Below are positions 1 to 6,523 of a DNA stretch of 64,000 bases, piece by piece (the first letter of the stretch is position 1; every line of letters starts with the position of its first letter). The translations under genes and the position numbers were made by a program. Below the pieces are notes generated by a model. The model worked only from the letters and a program-made list of their open reading frames with translations. It ran no database searches and was not told the origin of the DNA. The stretch covers positions 1 to 64,000 of the IMG/VR virus record IMGVR_UViG_3300025274_001348. One strand, given 5' to 3'. The stretch comes from a virus.

Positions 1-84
1 GACGGAGCCAACGGCTACGAAAACCATCAGGGCGACGGCCCAAGTGGATACGACTACTACAGCGATACGCGGCGTTGGTGTTGA
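1..84 (+). CDS. 3' end of a protein truncated by the window start (…DGPSGYDYYSDTRRWC*)
   Basis: Frame 1 open to TGA at 82-84, which lies inside a TTGACA -35 box as for other genes here; tail resembles the YYD…W ends of the acidic family. Confidence 0.4.
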   Translation, partial: DGANGYENHQGDGPSGYDYYSDTRRWC

Positions 85-110
85 CAAACCAGCGACGTAG
101 CTGGTACAAT
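81..110 (+). promoter_or_regulatory. sigma70-type promoter, class B (TTGACA-18-TACAAT)
   Basis: ttgacaaaccagcgacgtagctggtacaat. Confidence 0.7.
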
Positions 111-143
111 ACACGCTCACAAGAACAGAACAGAGAGAGACTC

Positions 144-539
144 ATGAAGATCATTGCAACACACACTGCCAGCAACGCCAACAAGACAACCACGACTATG
201 TGGAAGTCCAACGGTGGGCACTCTTGGTACATCGGCGTGCTAGGGACATCAACCAACAAGATCTGGCACGTCGGGAGTGAGCGATACATCCGGGGGATCT
301 GGAACCGCGAGTATAGCATTTTCGGTGGCCAGTGCAGTGTTGACCGTCCCGGTGACGACCCGGTTGAAGACTTCGAACTGTCCGAGATCCCCGAGGACGG
401 GGTGACATCGGTGGATCTGTTCGACAGCAAGGGCCGCAAGCTGTTCAGCTTCTCGGTTTCGACCAATGGCGTGGCCTACCAAGTGTTACAGGCTGGCGAG
501 GACGCTGGCCTGTTTACTACAACTGAAGACGAGGTATAG
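144..539 (+). CDS. hypothetical phage protein
   Basis: ATG at 144 downstream of the promoter with an AG-rich leader. Confidence 0.7.
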   Translation: MKIIATHTASNANKTTTTMWKSNGGHSWYIGVLGTSTNKIWHVGSERYIRGIWNREYSIFGGQCSVDRPGDDPVEDFELSEIPEDGVTSVDLFDSKGRKLFSFSVSTNGVAYQVLQAGEDAGLFTTTEDEV

Positions 540-544
540 AGACC

Positions 545-631
545 ATGTGGATCATCTACTCAATTCTGGCACTGGTCTGGCTGTTGACGCTGATGGACAT
601 ATTCGTACCCGGATGGGATAGGGACAGATGA
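545..631 (+). CDS. single-TM micropeptide (MWIIYSILALVWLLTLMDIFVPGWDRDR)
   Basis: Hand translation; hydrophobic core; ATGA-coupled to next ORF. Confidence 0.5.
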   Translation: MWIIYSILALVWLLTLMDIFVPGWDRDR

Positions 632-738
632 ACATGTTTGGCAAAGTGTGCGACTGGGCGTTTATCACAATGTGGCTGGCGTGGATGCTGGGTGCTTTGG
701 TTGTGATGACATGGGCAGGGATCGGCGCACTGAGATAA
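628..738 (+). CDS. single-TM micropeptide (MNMFGKVCDWAFITMWLAWMLGALVVMTWAGIGALR)
   Basis: Hand translation; hydrophobic; overlaps previous stop. Confidence 0.55.
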   Translation: MNMFGKVCDWAFITMWLAWMLGALVVMTWAGIGALR

Positions 739-772
739 TCCGAGAAAGTTTCGGAATTCCTCAAGATTGGGC

Positions 773-848
773 TTGACACAGGCAGGCGGTTAAGGTAGAA
801 CCAGCAGCCTTGTGCGCCTTCGTAGTATCAGGCGTACTAGGCTGCTTG
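773..848 (+). repeat. module-boundary element copy 0: TTGACA-17-TAGAAC then hairpin AGCAGCCT.GTGCGCCT/AGGCGTAC.AGGCTGCT
   Basis: GGTAGAAC at 794 followed by a long stem-loop; divergent member of the repeat family. Confidence 0.55.
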
Positions 849-876
849 AGGACAACAGGACGAGAGAAGGGCTACA

Positions 877-945
877 ATGACCATCATCACCATCATCACC
901 ATCGCGCTGGCCGGGCTGCTGGTTCTCGACTTGGTCGATGGCTAG
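877..945 (+). CDS. hydrophobic micropeptide (MTIITIITIALAGLLVLDLVDG)
   Basis: Hand translation; purine-rich leader upstream. Confidence 0.45.
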   Translation: MTIITIITIALAGLLVLDLVDG

Positions 946-948
946 GGC

Positions 949-977
949 TTGACAGCCAGCGAGTCAGCGGGTACAAT
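949..977 (+). promoter_or_regulatory. class B promoter TTGACA-17-TACAAT
   Basis: Consensus match. Confidence 0.75.
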
Positions 978-984
978 ACAGACA

Positions 985-1048
985 TACGGGTGACAAGCTC
1001 CCCAAGTTCCGGGGCCGACCCAACACCACTAGCCTTGAAAGAGCGAAC
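985..1048 (+). promoter_or_regulatory. structured 5' leader, copy 1
   Basis: GGGT/ACCC, CCCC/GGGG and GAAA-loop stems; paralogous to 3050-3112. Confidence 0.55.
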
Positions 1049-1465
1049 ATGATCTTCGATGAAACGCGCGACAACCTGACCGACACCGAGGCCCAGAGCA
1101 TCGAAGCCGATGCCCACGCGGACACCCGCGAAGCCGAGGACACGCGGTGCAGCGAGCGCCGGGTGGCTGACGCTTGGTGGGCGGGCTTCAACCGCGCGAA
1201 GGCGAAGACCGCCGAGCAGGATGCCGCCGAGCAGGATGCCGCCATCGGTGCGGATTGGGCCGCTGCCGGTTACCCCGGCGACGGTGTCGATGACACCGGG
1301 GATGATCCCACCGATCCCGAGCATGACGAGGTCGGTGACGCGGACACCGACTACGACATCGAATTCGATGACGAGGACGACGGTCAGCCCACCGAGTACG
1401 AAGAGTGGCAGGACTACTTCGGTGGGGATGAGTACTACGACCACAGCGAGAACGGGTGTTGGTGA
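1049..1465 (+). CDS. hyper-acidic protein, paralog 1 (C-terminal DDGQPTEYEEWQDY motif); possible DNA mimic
   Basis: 138 aa, very D/E-rich; homologous to 3113-3430 and 5871-6098. Confidence 0.8.
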   Translation: MIFDETRDNLTDTEAQSIEADAHADTREAEDTRCSERRVADAWWAGFNRAKAKTAEQDAAEQDAAIGADWAAAGYPGDGVDDTGDDPTDPEHDEVGDADTDYDIEFDDEDDGQPTEYEEWQDYFGGDEYYDHSENGCW

Positions 1466-1545
1466 TGAAACAGGCAGCGGTCCAAACGCTGAAGATGATC
1501 GGCTGGGGCTTGGCAGTATTCGCCATGCTAGCCGCCACGCTCTAG
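1465..1545 (+). CDS. single-TM micropeptide (MKQAAVQTLKMIGWGLAVFAMLAATL)
   Basis: TGATG coupling to upstream gene; hydrophobic. Confidence 0.55.
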   Translation: MKQAAVQTLKMIGWGLAVFAMLAATL

Positions 1546-1555
1546 GCGGGGTTCG

Positions 1556-1722
1556 GGTAAAACGCGCCGCGTGGGTGTCTCCCGCCATCCACGCCGCTCC
1601 GCGTCAAGGGTAATCTGGGATTTAGCGTGATTTTTTAGTAATTGAGACTCGATCTCAATAGGCTAATCTGAGGAGATAGGGTGGACACTGGGCTTGATTT
1701 ATGCCGATAAGTATAGTATAAT
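1556..1722 (+). repeat. module-boundary element copy 1: GGTAAAAC-hairpin-GTCAAGGGTAAT, operator 1641-1659, class A promoter 1694-1722
   Basis: 9-bp stem GCGTGGGTG/CATCCACGC; ATTGAGA-N5-TCTCAAT; TTGATT-17-TATAAT with GCCGATAA. Confidence 0.85.
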
Positions 1723-1758
1723 GGGAACATACAACAGAGAACAAACGAAAGAGCAAAC

Positions 1759-1989
1759 ATGAGTTGGACAACTGCAACCAGAATTAGAAACGAAAAAATT
1801 CAACGGGCCGTCGAGTTGGCACAACGGGCCAATATCACCGACGTTGACAAGGCGAGAGCAATCAAGGACAAGTACGTTGCACTGCTCAACGAAGACCCCA
1901 CCAGCGAAAAGAATCAACGACTTTACAACTGGTCACAACAGGTTCTTATCGGGGCGAGAACGTTGGCCGGTGAGAGAATCTGGATTTGA
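1759..1989 (+). CDS. hypothetical phage protein
   Basis: 76 aa ORF directly after the promoter. Confidence 0.7.
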   Translation: MSWTTATRIRNEKIQRAVELAQRANITDVDKARAIKDKYVALLNEDPTSEKNQRLYNWSQQVLIGARTLAGERIWI

Positions 1990-1992
1990 AGC

Positions 1993-2021
1993 TTGACAAG
2001 CCGGGTTCATTCTGGTACAAT
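1993..2021 (+). promoter_or_regulatory. class B promoter TTGACA-17-TACAAT
   Basis: Consensus; followed by an ORF-free structured region. Confidence 0.75.
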
Positions 2022-2027
2022 GGACAC

Positions 2028-2577
2028 AACGAACAACGGGGCTACTGGAACTCACAGGCAACGCTGATAAGACGCCGTGAGATAGGGTTAAGAGCCACTG
2101 CAAGCCTAACACACAAAACATACTCTGGAGAAGTTTCGACAACTGATAACCCCTTGCGAGGGTAAGCCCACTAAGAACCGGGGCGCCACTAAAGTTCTCG
2201 GTGACGTAGGGGAAGCTGGTTAGCTTCTAATCGCAAGTGCAGTTGTTACAGGGCGCAACTCCCTGTCAGAGTGCCACACAATCCTGAGTAGTACCCCACG
2301 CTCGGTTGGCCGTTACAGCGGCAAGGGACTAGTAAGCCTAGTAGAAGCCTGTAAGCTTTGAACGGATGCTAGTACCATGGGGATCTTACAACGGACAGGA
2401 ATGGATTACGGGGTTGACCGACAAACTGGTCGCAGGGTTCAATTACCTGCCCTGTCCTTTGACACCACCCTAACAGAAGGGGACCGCGAATGAAGCTATA
2501 TTGAAACAGCACTAGCAAGATGGGCGTCTATCGTCCACAAGCCCCTGTCGGAAAACCAGCGACGGGGGCTTTTTTTA
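2028..2577 (+). ncRNA. candidate ~550-nt structured RNA with tRNA-like domains (2121-2276, 2393-2458)
   Basis: No credible ORF between promoter and terminator; many stems separated by A/C-rich linkers. Confidence 0.65.
2541..2577 (+). terminator. intrinsic terminator
   Basis: GCCCCTGTCG/CGACGGGGGC followed by a T-tract. Confidence 0.8.
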
Positions 2578-2612
2578 TTCCGAGGAAATTCTGGAATTAT
2601 TCAAGATTGGGG

Positions 2613-2801
2613 TTGACAGAGGGGCCGAGATTAGGTAAAACTCAGCGGCGAGGTGGTCTTCGCCCATCCGAGCCGCTTGGCGTCAAGGGTAATATGGCAG
2701 TTTGTGTGATTTTTTTCTAATTGAGACTGAGTGTCAATAAGGAAAAGTGAGGAGATAGGGTGGCGATTGGGCTTGTATTTTGTCGATAATAGTAGTATAA
2801 T
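2613..2801 (+). repeat. module-boundary element copy 2 (TTGACA-17-TAAAAC, hairpin, operator 2720-2738, class A promoter 2773-2801)
   Basis: GGTAAAAC at 2634; AGCGGC..GGTGG/CCATC..GCCGCT; GTCAAGGGTAAT. Confidence 0.85.
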
Positions 2802-2808
2802 GGGAGAC

Positions 2809-3009
2809 ATGAAAACGCAACACACATACAAGCCGATGGAATTCGCTCAGTACTTCGATACGCATGGCGTGCATCACGCCGTGACTGTCCTGTCCGTCTT
2901 GCATGACGGGAAGGCTGTGAAGATCCACTACTACACGGACATCGAGTTGACCGACGTGGTGGTCAAGTGGGTTTTGGCGAAATCCCTGATTCCCATGATT
3001 GGGGCTTGA
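2809..3009 (+). CDS. hypothetical protein, probably leaderless
   Basis: ATG 7 nt after TATAAT; stop inside the next -35 box. Confidence 0.7.
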   Translation: MKTQHTYKPMEFAQYFDTHGVHHAVTVLSVLHDGKAVKIHYYTDIELTDVVVKWVLAKSLIPMIGA

Positions 3010-3034
3010 CAACCAACGCCACGCTTGGTACAAT
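3006..3034 (+). promoter_or_regulatory. class B promoter
   Basis: TTGACA-17-TACAAT. Confidence 0.75.
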
Positions 3035-3049
3035 ACGAGCATACAAACA

Positions 3050-3112
3050 CACGGGTGCAAAGCTCCTCAAGATCCGAGGCCGACCCAACCACTAGCCTTG
3101 AAAGGGCAAAAC
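3050..3112 (+). promoter_or_regulatory. structured 5' leader, copy 2
   Basis: CCTC/GAGG replaces CCCC/GGGG of copy 1 (compensatory change). Confidence 0.55.
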
Positions 3113-3430
3113 ATGACGTTTGACGAATCGCGCGACAACCTGCTGGACATCGAAGCGGCTTCCATCGAGGCCGACGCCCACGCGGAAACCCGCGAAGCCG
3201 ACGACAATCGGCCCATGGAACGCCGGGTAGCCGACGCTTGGTGGGCAACCCGCAACGCGGAAGCCGACGCTCCCGATGACGTGGACCATGACGCGGATGA
3301 GAACCACCCGATGGGCGGGGACGACGACGAACCCGAGGAGGATGACGGCCAGCCCAGCGAGTACGAGGAGTGGCAGGATTACATGGGCGGGGATGAGTAC
3401 TACGACCACGGCGAAAACGGGGAGTGGTAG
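3113..3430 (+). CDS. hyper-acidic protein, paralog 2
   Basis: MTFDESRDNL…DDGQPSEYEEWQDYMGGDEYYDH. Confidence 0.8.
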   Translation: MTFDESRDNLLDIEAASIEADAHAETREADDNRPMERRVADAWWATRNAEADAPDDVDHDADENHPMGGDDDEPEEDDGQPSEYEEWQDYMGGDEYYDHGENGEW

Positions 3431-3432
3431 GC

Positions 3433-3504
3433 ATGGGATGGGCTTTCACGATCTTCTGGTTCCTGATGTTCGGCTTGATCTTTCTGGACATCCACGACGG
3501 ATAA
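3433..3504 (+). CDS. single-TM micropeptide (MGWAFTIFWFLMFGLIFLDIHDG)
   Basis: Hand translation; GGAG upstream. Confidence 0.55.
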   Translation: MGWAFTIFWFLMFGLIFLDIHDG

Positions 3505-3517
3505 CACGAACCCTTTC

Positions 3518-3564
3518 CACTCCGTCGCGGTGAGTGATGACACCGTGGCGGGGTGTTTTTTTTT
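3518..3564 (+). terminator. intrinsic terminator
   Basis: CACTCCGTCGCGGTG/CACCGTGGCGGGGTG plus T9. Confidence 0.8.
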
Positions 3565-3584
3565 GAGAAAATTCCAGATTGGGC

Positions 3585-3772
3585 TTGACATGGGGGCCGG
3601 GATCAGGTAAAACGCGCCGCGCGGATGTCCTGCCCCATCCGCGCTGCTCGGAGTCAAGGGTAATTTGGGATTCAGCGTGATTTTTTAGGAATTGAGATCC
3701 AGTCTCAATAGTGGAATCTGAGTAGATAAGGTGGCGGTTGGGGTTGATTTATGCCGATAAATATAGTATAAT
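3585..3772 (+). repeat. module-boundary element copy 3 (TTGACA-17-TAAAAC, hairpin, operator 3691-3709, class A promoter 3744-3772)
   Basis: Perfect stem GCGCGGATG/CATCCGCGC covarying with copy 1. Confidence 0.85.
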
Positions 3773-3779
3773 GGGAGAC

Positions 3780-4022
3780 ATGAAAGACACAACAGCGAAA
3801 CAAGTTTGGACAGGCCGCGACAAAGACGGCAACGCTTTCCGGCTCAACGCCCCGGTGAACGCTGGGAGTGAATGGGTGTTCAGCGAATCGGCTAGGCTGC
3901 TGGCCTTGCTGGGTTGGGCGAAGGTTTCCGTCGTAATGAAGGGCGACCACATTGTCCTGCTCAACTCGGCGGTCAAGGCAGATCCCGTTTCGCCACCGTT
4001 CCTGAATCCCAACAAGGCTTGA
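3780..4022 (+). CDS. hypothetical protein, probably leaderless
   Basis: ATG 7 nt after TATAAT; stop in next -35. Confidence 0.7.
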   Translation: MKDTTAKQVWTGRDKDGNAFRLNAPVNAGSEWVFSESARLLALLGWAKVSVVMKGDHIVLLNSAVKADPVSPPFLNPNKA

Positions 4023-4047
4023 CAACCCTACCACGATCTGGTACAAT
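4019..4047 (+). promoter_or_regulatory. class B promoter
   Basis: TTGACA-17-TACAAT. Confidence 0.75.
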
Positions 4048-4053
4048 ACACAC

Positions 4054-4290
4054 ATGCAACACAAACCCAAGACCGGCGATCTGTTTGACAGGGGCAATCA
4101 ACACGACTTCGAGTTGGTCCCGTTGAAAGCTCACAGGAAATGGCAGTACATCACGATTCTGCACGGGATTGACGGCAGACCGGCGGATTGTGGTGTGAGA
4201 GTGGACTACCCGCGTTTGACGGGTGGCGGCTTTGGTTTCAATGGTGAGATCAAGCAACGACGGAAGATCTGGAAAGTGAAAGGGACGTAG
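4054..4290 (+). CDS. hypothetical protein, probably leaderless
   Basis: ATG 6 nt after TACAAT. Confidence 0.7.
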   Translation: MQHKPKTGDLFDRGNQHDFELVPLKAHRKWQYITILHGIDGRPADCGVRVDYPRLTGGGFGFNGEIKQRRKIWKVKGT

Positions 4291-4292
4291 AG

Positions 4293-4490
4293 ATGGAAGA
4301 ACTGTGGAACGCACAAACGGCAGCGGGGGTCAAGTTTCAATTCTGGATGCCGGAAGGCTCCGACCATGATGCTGCGCTGGACGTAGCGTTGGGACTCAAG
4401 GACAAGATCGATCCCGACTTCAATGACTGGTTGGTCATGGTGACGATGGCGGCGTTGACCGGACACAACGGCTCCCCGATTCTGTCTTGA
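4293..4490 (+). CDS. hypothetical protein
   Basis: 65 aa; stop inside the next -35 (4487-4515 promoter). Confidence 0.65.
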   Translation: MEELWNAQTAAGVKFQFWMPEGSDHDAALDVALGLKDKIDPDFNDWLVMVTMAALTGHNGSPILS

Positions 4491-4545
4491 CAATCGGCGG
4501 CTGGTCTGGTACAATATACGAAACGGTAGCGCGAGAGGGCAAGGA

Positions 4546-4737
4546 ATGGAATTGGTTTACAAGCTGGATGGGGTCGAAGTCTGGTACTGTCACGAGTCTG
4601 ACGACTTCGAGGTGTGGGCGATGGTGTCGAATGGCCCTGACGACTTCCAGTGGGACGTGGTGTTGACAACCGACGACAGCGAATGGGCTGTGATCGTCGC
4701 GGATGAAGTTTGGCTCAAGATGGAGACGATGGTATGA
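4546..4737 (+). CDS. acidic hypothetical protein
   Basis: 63 aa, D/E/W-rich, after a class B promoter. Confidence 0.65.
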   Translation: MELVYKLDGVEVWYCHESDDFEVWAMVSNGPDDFQWDVVLTTDDSEWAVIVADEVWLKMETMV

Positions 4738-5000
4738 TGACGCGAAAACACTTCAAGATGCTGGCCGCTTCTATTGCGAAGCTGACCCTGTTCGACAAGG
4801 ACGCGGGCTACGACATGGCTTGCGAGGTGGCCGACGCTTGTGCGAAGGACAACCCGCGCTTTGACCGGGTCAAGTTCTTCGAGGCTTGCGGGTTTCCCGG
4901 CGGGATGCACTTGCGTCCATTGCCGGTGCAATACGTGAACTGCGTGGTCGATGCTCAGGGTTTCGTTCCCGCGCGGACTAACAAGAAAGGGGAAACATGA
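4734..5000 (+). CDS. hypothetical phage protein (MTRKHFK…DNPRFDRVKF type)
   Basis: ATGA overlap; motif typical of small phage early proteins. Confidence 0.7.
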   Translation: MMTRKHFKMLAASIAKLTLFDKDAGYDMACEVADACAKDNPRFDRVKFFEACGFPGGMHLRPLPVQYVNCVVDAQGFVPARTNKKGET

Positions 5001-5056
5001 TCTGGGAAACCGTGATCCAAGTGGCCGTGATCATCCTAGCGATCATCGCTCACTAA
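4997..5056 (+). CDS. single-TM micropeptide (MIWETVIQVAVIILAIIAH)
   Basis: ATGA-coupled; AAGGGG RBS. Confidence 0.5.
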   Translation: MIWETVIQVAVIILAIIAH

Positions 5057-5080
5057 AAAGATGGGCGTCTATCGCCTATA

Positions 5081-5112
5081 AACCTCGCCCCTATATGCGG
5101 CGGGGTTTTTTT
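5081..5112 (+). terminator. intrinsic terminator
   Basis: AACCTCGCC/GGCGGGGTT plus T-tract. Confidence 0.7.
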
Positions 5113-5167
5113 ATAACTATATATAACGGCGGCGGCGGGATGTATAAGGGTATATAGTGACGGTTTA

Positions 5168-5333
5168 GGTAAAACGCGCCGGGCAGTGGTCTTGCGCCAA
5201 CTGCCCTGCTTCGCGTCAAGGGTAATCTGGGATTTGGTGTGGTTTTTTAGAAATTGAGATCATGTCTCAATAGGGGGAATTGCTGAGATATGGTGGAGAC
5301 TGGGCTTGCATAATGCCGATAATATGTTATAAT
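5168..5333 (+). repeat. module-boundary element copy 4 (hairpin, operator 5253-5271, class A promoter 5306-5333)
   Basis: GGTAAAACGCGCC-GGGCAGT/ACTGCCC-…GTCAAGGGTAATCTGGGATTT. Confidence 0.85.
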
Positions 5334-5369
5334 GGGGGACAGACAACAACAAGTGAAAGGGTTTGAAAG

Positions 5370-5666
5370 ATGACGAAGACAGTTCCAATGGTTTCCAGTG
5401 ATTGCGTGATCGCCGTGATGGACAAGGCGATGAGCGTGGACATGATGCAGTTCGGTGCGGAGACGCTTGAGGAGATGATGAAGGATCAGCCTCAACTGCT
5501 CAAGGTGATTTCCTTCCTGCTCACCGAACTCATCGCCAAGGGCAAGGACGAGGAAACCGCCGCGATTGATGCCGTCCAGACGATGGCCGTGATCGGCGTG
5601 GTGTTCAAGGCAATCAAGACCCAGATCGAAGCCGACGAAATGGAAATGTCGGAAGACTGGTCTTGA
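5370..5666 (+). CDS. hypothetical protein, paralog of 8163-8480
   Basis: Shared IAVM.KA, QP.L and FK.IK.QIEA.EM motifs. Confidence 0.75.
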   Translation: MTKTVPMVSSDCVIAVMDKAMSVDMMQFGAETLEEMMKDQPQLLKVISFLLTELIAKGKDEETAAIDAVQTMAVIGVVFKAIKTQIEADEMEMSEDWS

Positions 5667-5697
5667 CAATCAACCCCCCGTCTGGTACAATTGACAC

Positions 5698-5874
5698 ATG
5701 AAACACATCGAACTCAGCATCCCCTGTCGGACAACGGCCAGCTTTCGCCAGCCGCAACAGCAGCCCGTCAAGGACACCCCGGAGAAACGGGAAGCCCGGA
5801 TTCGCCTGTACGCTTGGCGAGCCGAAAACAACCTCGACATTTTCACTGGATTTCCGAAAAGGACAACCCCATGA
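5698..5874 (+). CDS. 58-aa hypothetical protein, probably leaderless (MKHIELSIPC…NNLDIFTGFPKRTTP)
   Basis: Below ORF-track cutoff; ATG 6 nt after TACAAT of promoter 5663-5691; ATGA-coupled to next gene. Confidence 0.6.
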   Translation: MKHIELSIPCRTTASFRQPQQQPVKDTPEKREARIRLYAWRAENNLDIFTGFPKRTTP

Positions 5875-6098
5875 CGTTTGAAGAAGCCTTCGAGAACGAC
5901 CCCCAAGCCCGCGCCGAATTCGAGGAGTACCTCGACGAGATGGCCGAGGACCACGTCCACGTTGCGGTGAGTCTCCACGACAGGGACGAGGAGTGGGATG
6001 CGGAGAACGACGGCCAGCCCACGGAGTACGAGGAGTGGCAAGACTTCATGGGTGGCGACGACTGGGATCAAGGCCAGTACGACGATCTTGGTTACTAG
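5871..6098 (+). CDS. hyper-acidic protein, paralog 3
   Basis: NDGQPTEYEEWQDFMGGDDWD motif. Confidence 0.75.
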   Translation: MTFEEAFENDPQARAEFEEYLDEMAEDHVHVAVSLHDRDEEWDAENDGQPTEYEEWQDFMGGDDWDQGQYDDLGY

Positions 6099-6100
6099 AA

Positions 6101-6179
6101 TACGGGTCGAGGTGGTGTTGGTTGTCTCCGTTCTAGAGCGGACAGTACGCCAACGTAATGCAAACCACACACCCCCGTA
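6101..6179 (+). ncRNA. rod-like hairpin upstream of tRNA-Asp
   Basis: TACGGG/CCCGTA, GTGGT/ACCAC, TGTTGG/CCAACG, TCCGTTC/GAGCGGA nested. Confidence 0.35.
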
Positions 6180-6184
6180 GATCC

Positions 6185-6257
6185 GGGGACGTAACTCAAC
6201 AGGCAGAGTGCCGGATTGTCTATCCGGTGGTTGCGGGTTCAAATCCCGCCGTCCTCG
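6185..6257 (+). tRNA. tRNA-Asp(GTC)
   Basis: GGGGACG/CGTCCTC acceptor, CCGGA-TTGTCTA-TCCGG anticodon arm, GCGGG-TTCAAAT-CCCGC T arm; no encoded CCA. Confidence 0.92.
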
Positions 6258-6347
6258 CTTTATATAGCCGCTGCTTCTCGCCCTGTTTTATATACTTATA
6301 TAACTCATCGGGGCCGGGGGTGGCGGTTGTTTTATAGACCCGGATCA

Positions 6348-6494
6348 GGTGAAACGCGACGGCGCTGTGTCGCTCGACAACCGCGCCGCTGGGCGGCTTG
6401 GGGACTAGCAAGTGAAAATGAGTCAGGAAAACTTTGGGATTCTCGGAAATAGGATCAAGATTGGGGTTGACTTTGGTCGATAATATACTATACT
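6348..6494 (+). repeat. module-boundary element copy 5 (GGTGAAAC-hairpin; class A promoter 6467-6494)
   Basis: GGCGC..TGTCG/CGACA..GCGCC; TTGACT-16-TATACT with GTCGATAA. Confidence 0.75.
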
Positions 6495-6523
6495 GGAGGA
6501 GTAAGTCAGTGAGAGGGCAAGAC

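Noticed and set aside
810-1052. Poly-His (DHHHHHHH) ORF in the track
   Set aside because: The CATCATCAC repeat is better read in another frame as the hydrophobic peptide MTIITIITIA (877-945); the His ORF crosses a hairpin and a promoter.
1211-1243. Tandem repeat GCCGAGCAGGATGCC
   Set aside because: Simple in-frame duplication (AEQDA x2) within the acidic protein.
1575-1610. Minus-strand promoter from GTCAAG (CTTGAC) driving an antisense antitoxin RNA
   Set aside because: No -10-like hexamer 16-18 nt downstream on the minus strand in the copy examined.
1556-1612. Boundary elements as canonical integron attC sites
   Set aside because: They end in AAC…GTC rather than RYYYAAC…GTTRRRY, are shorter than typical attC sites, and no integrase is in the window.
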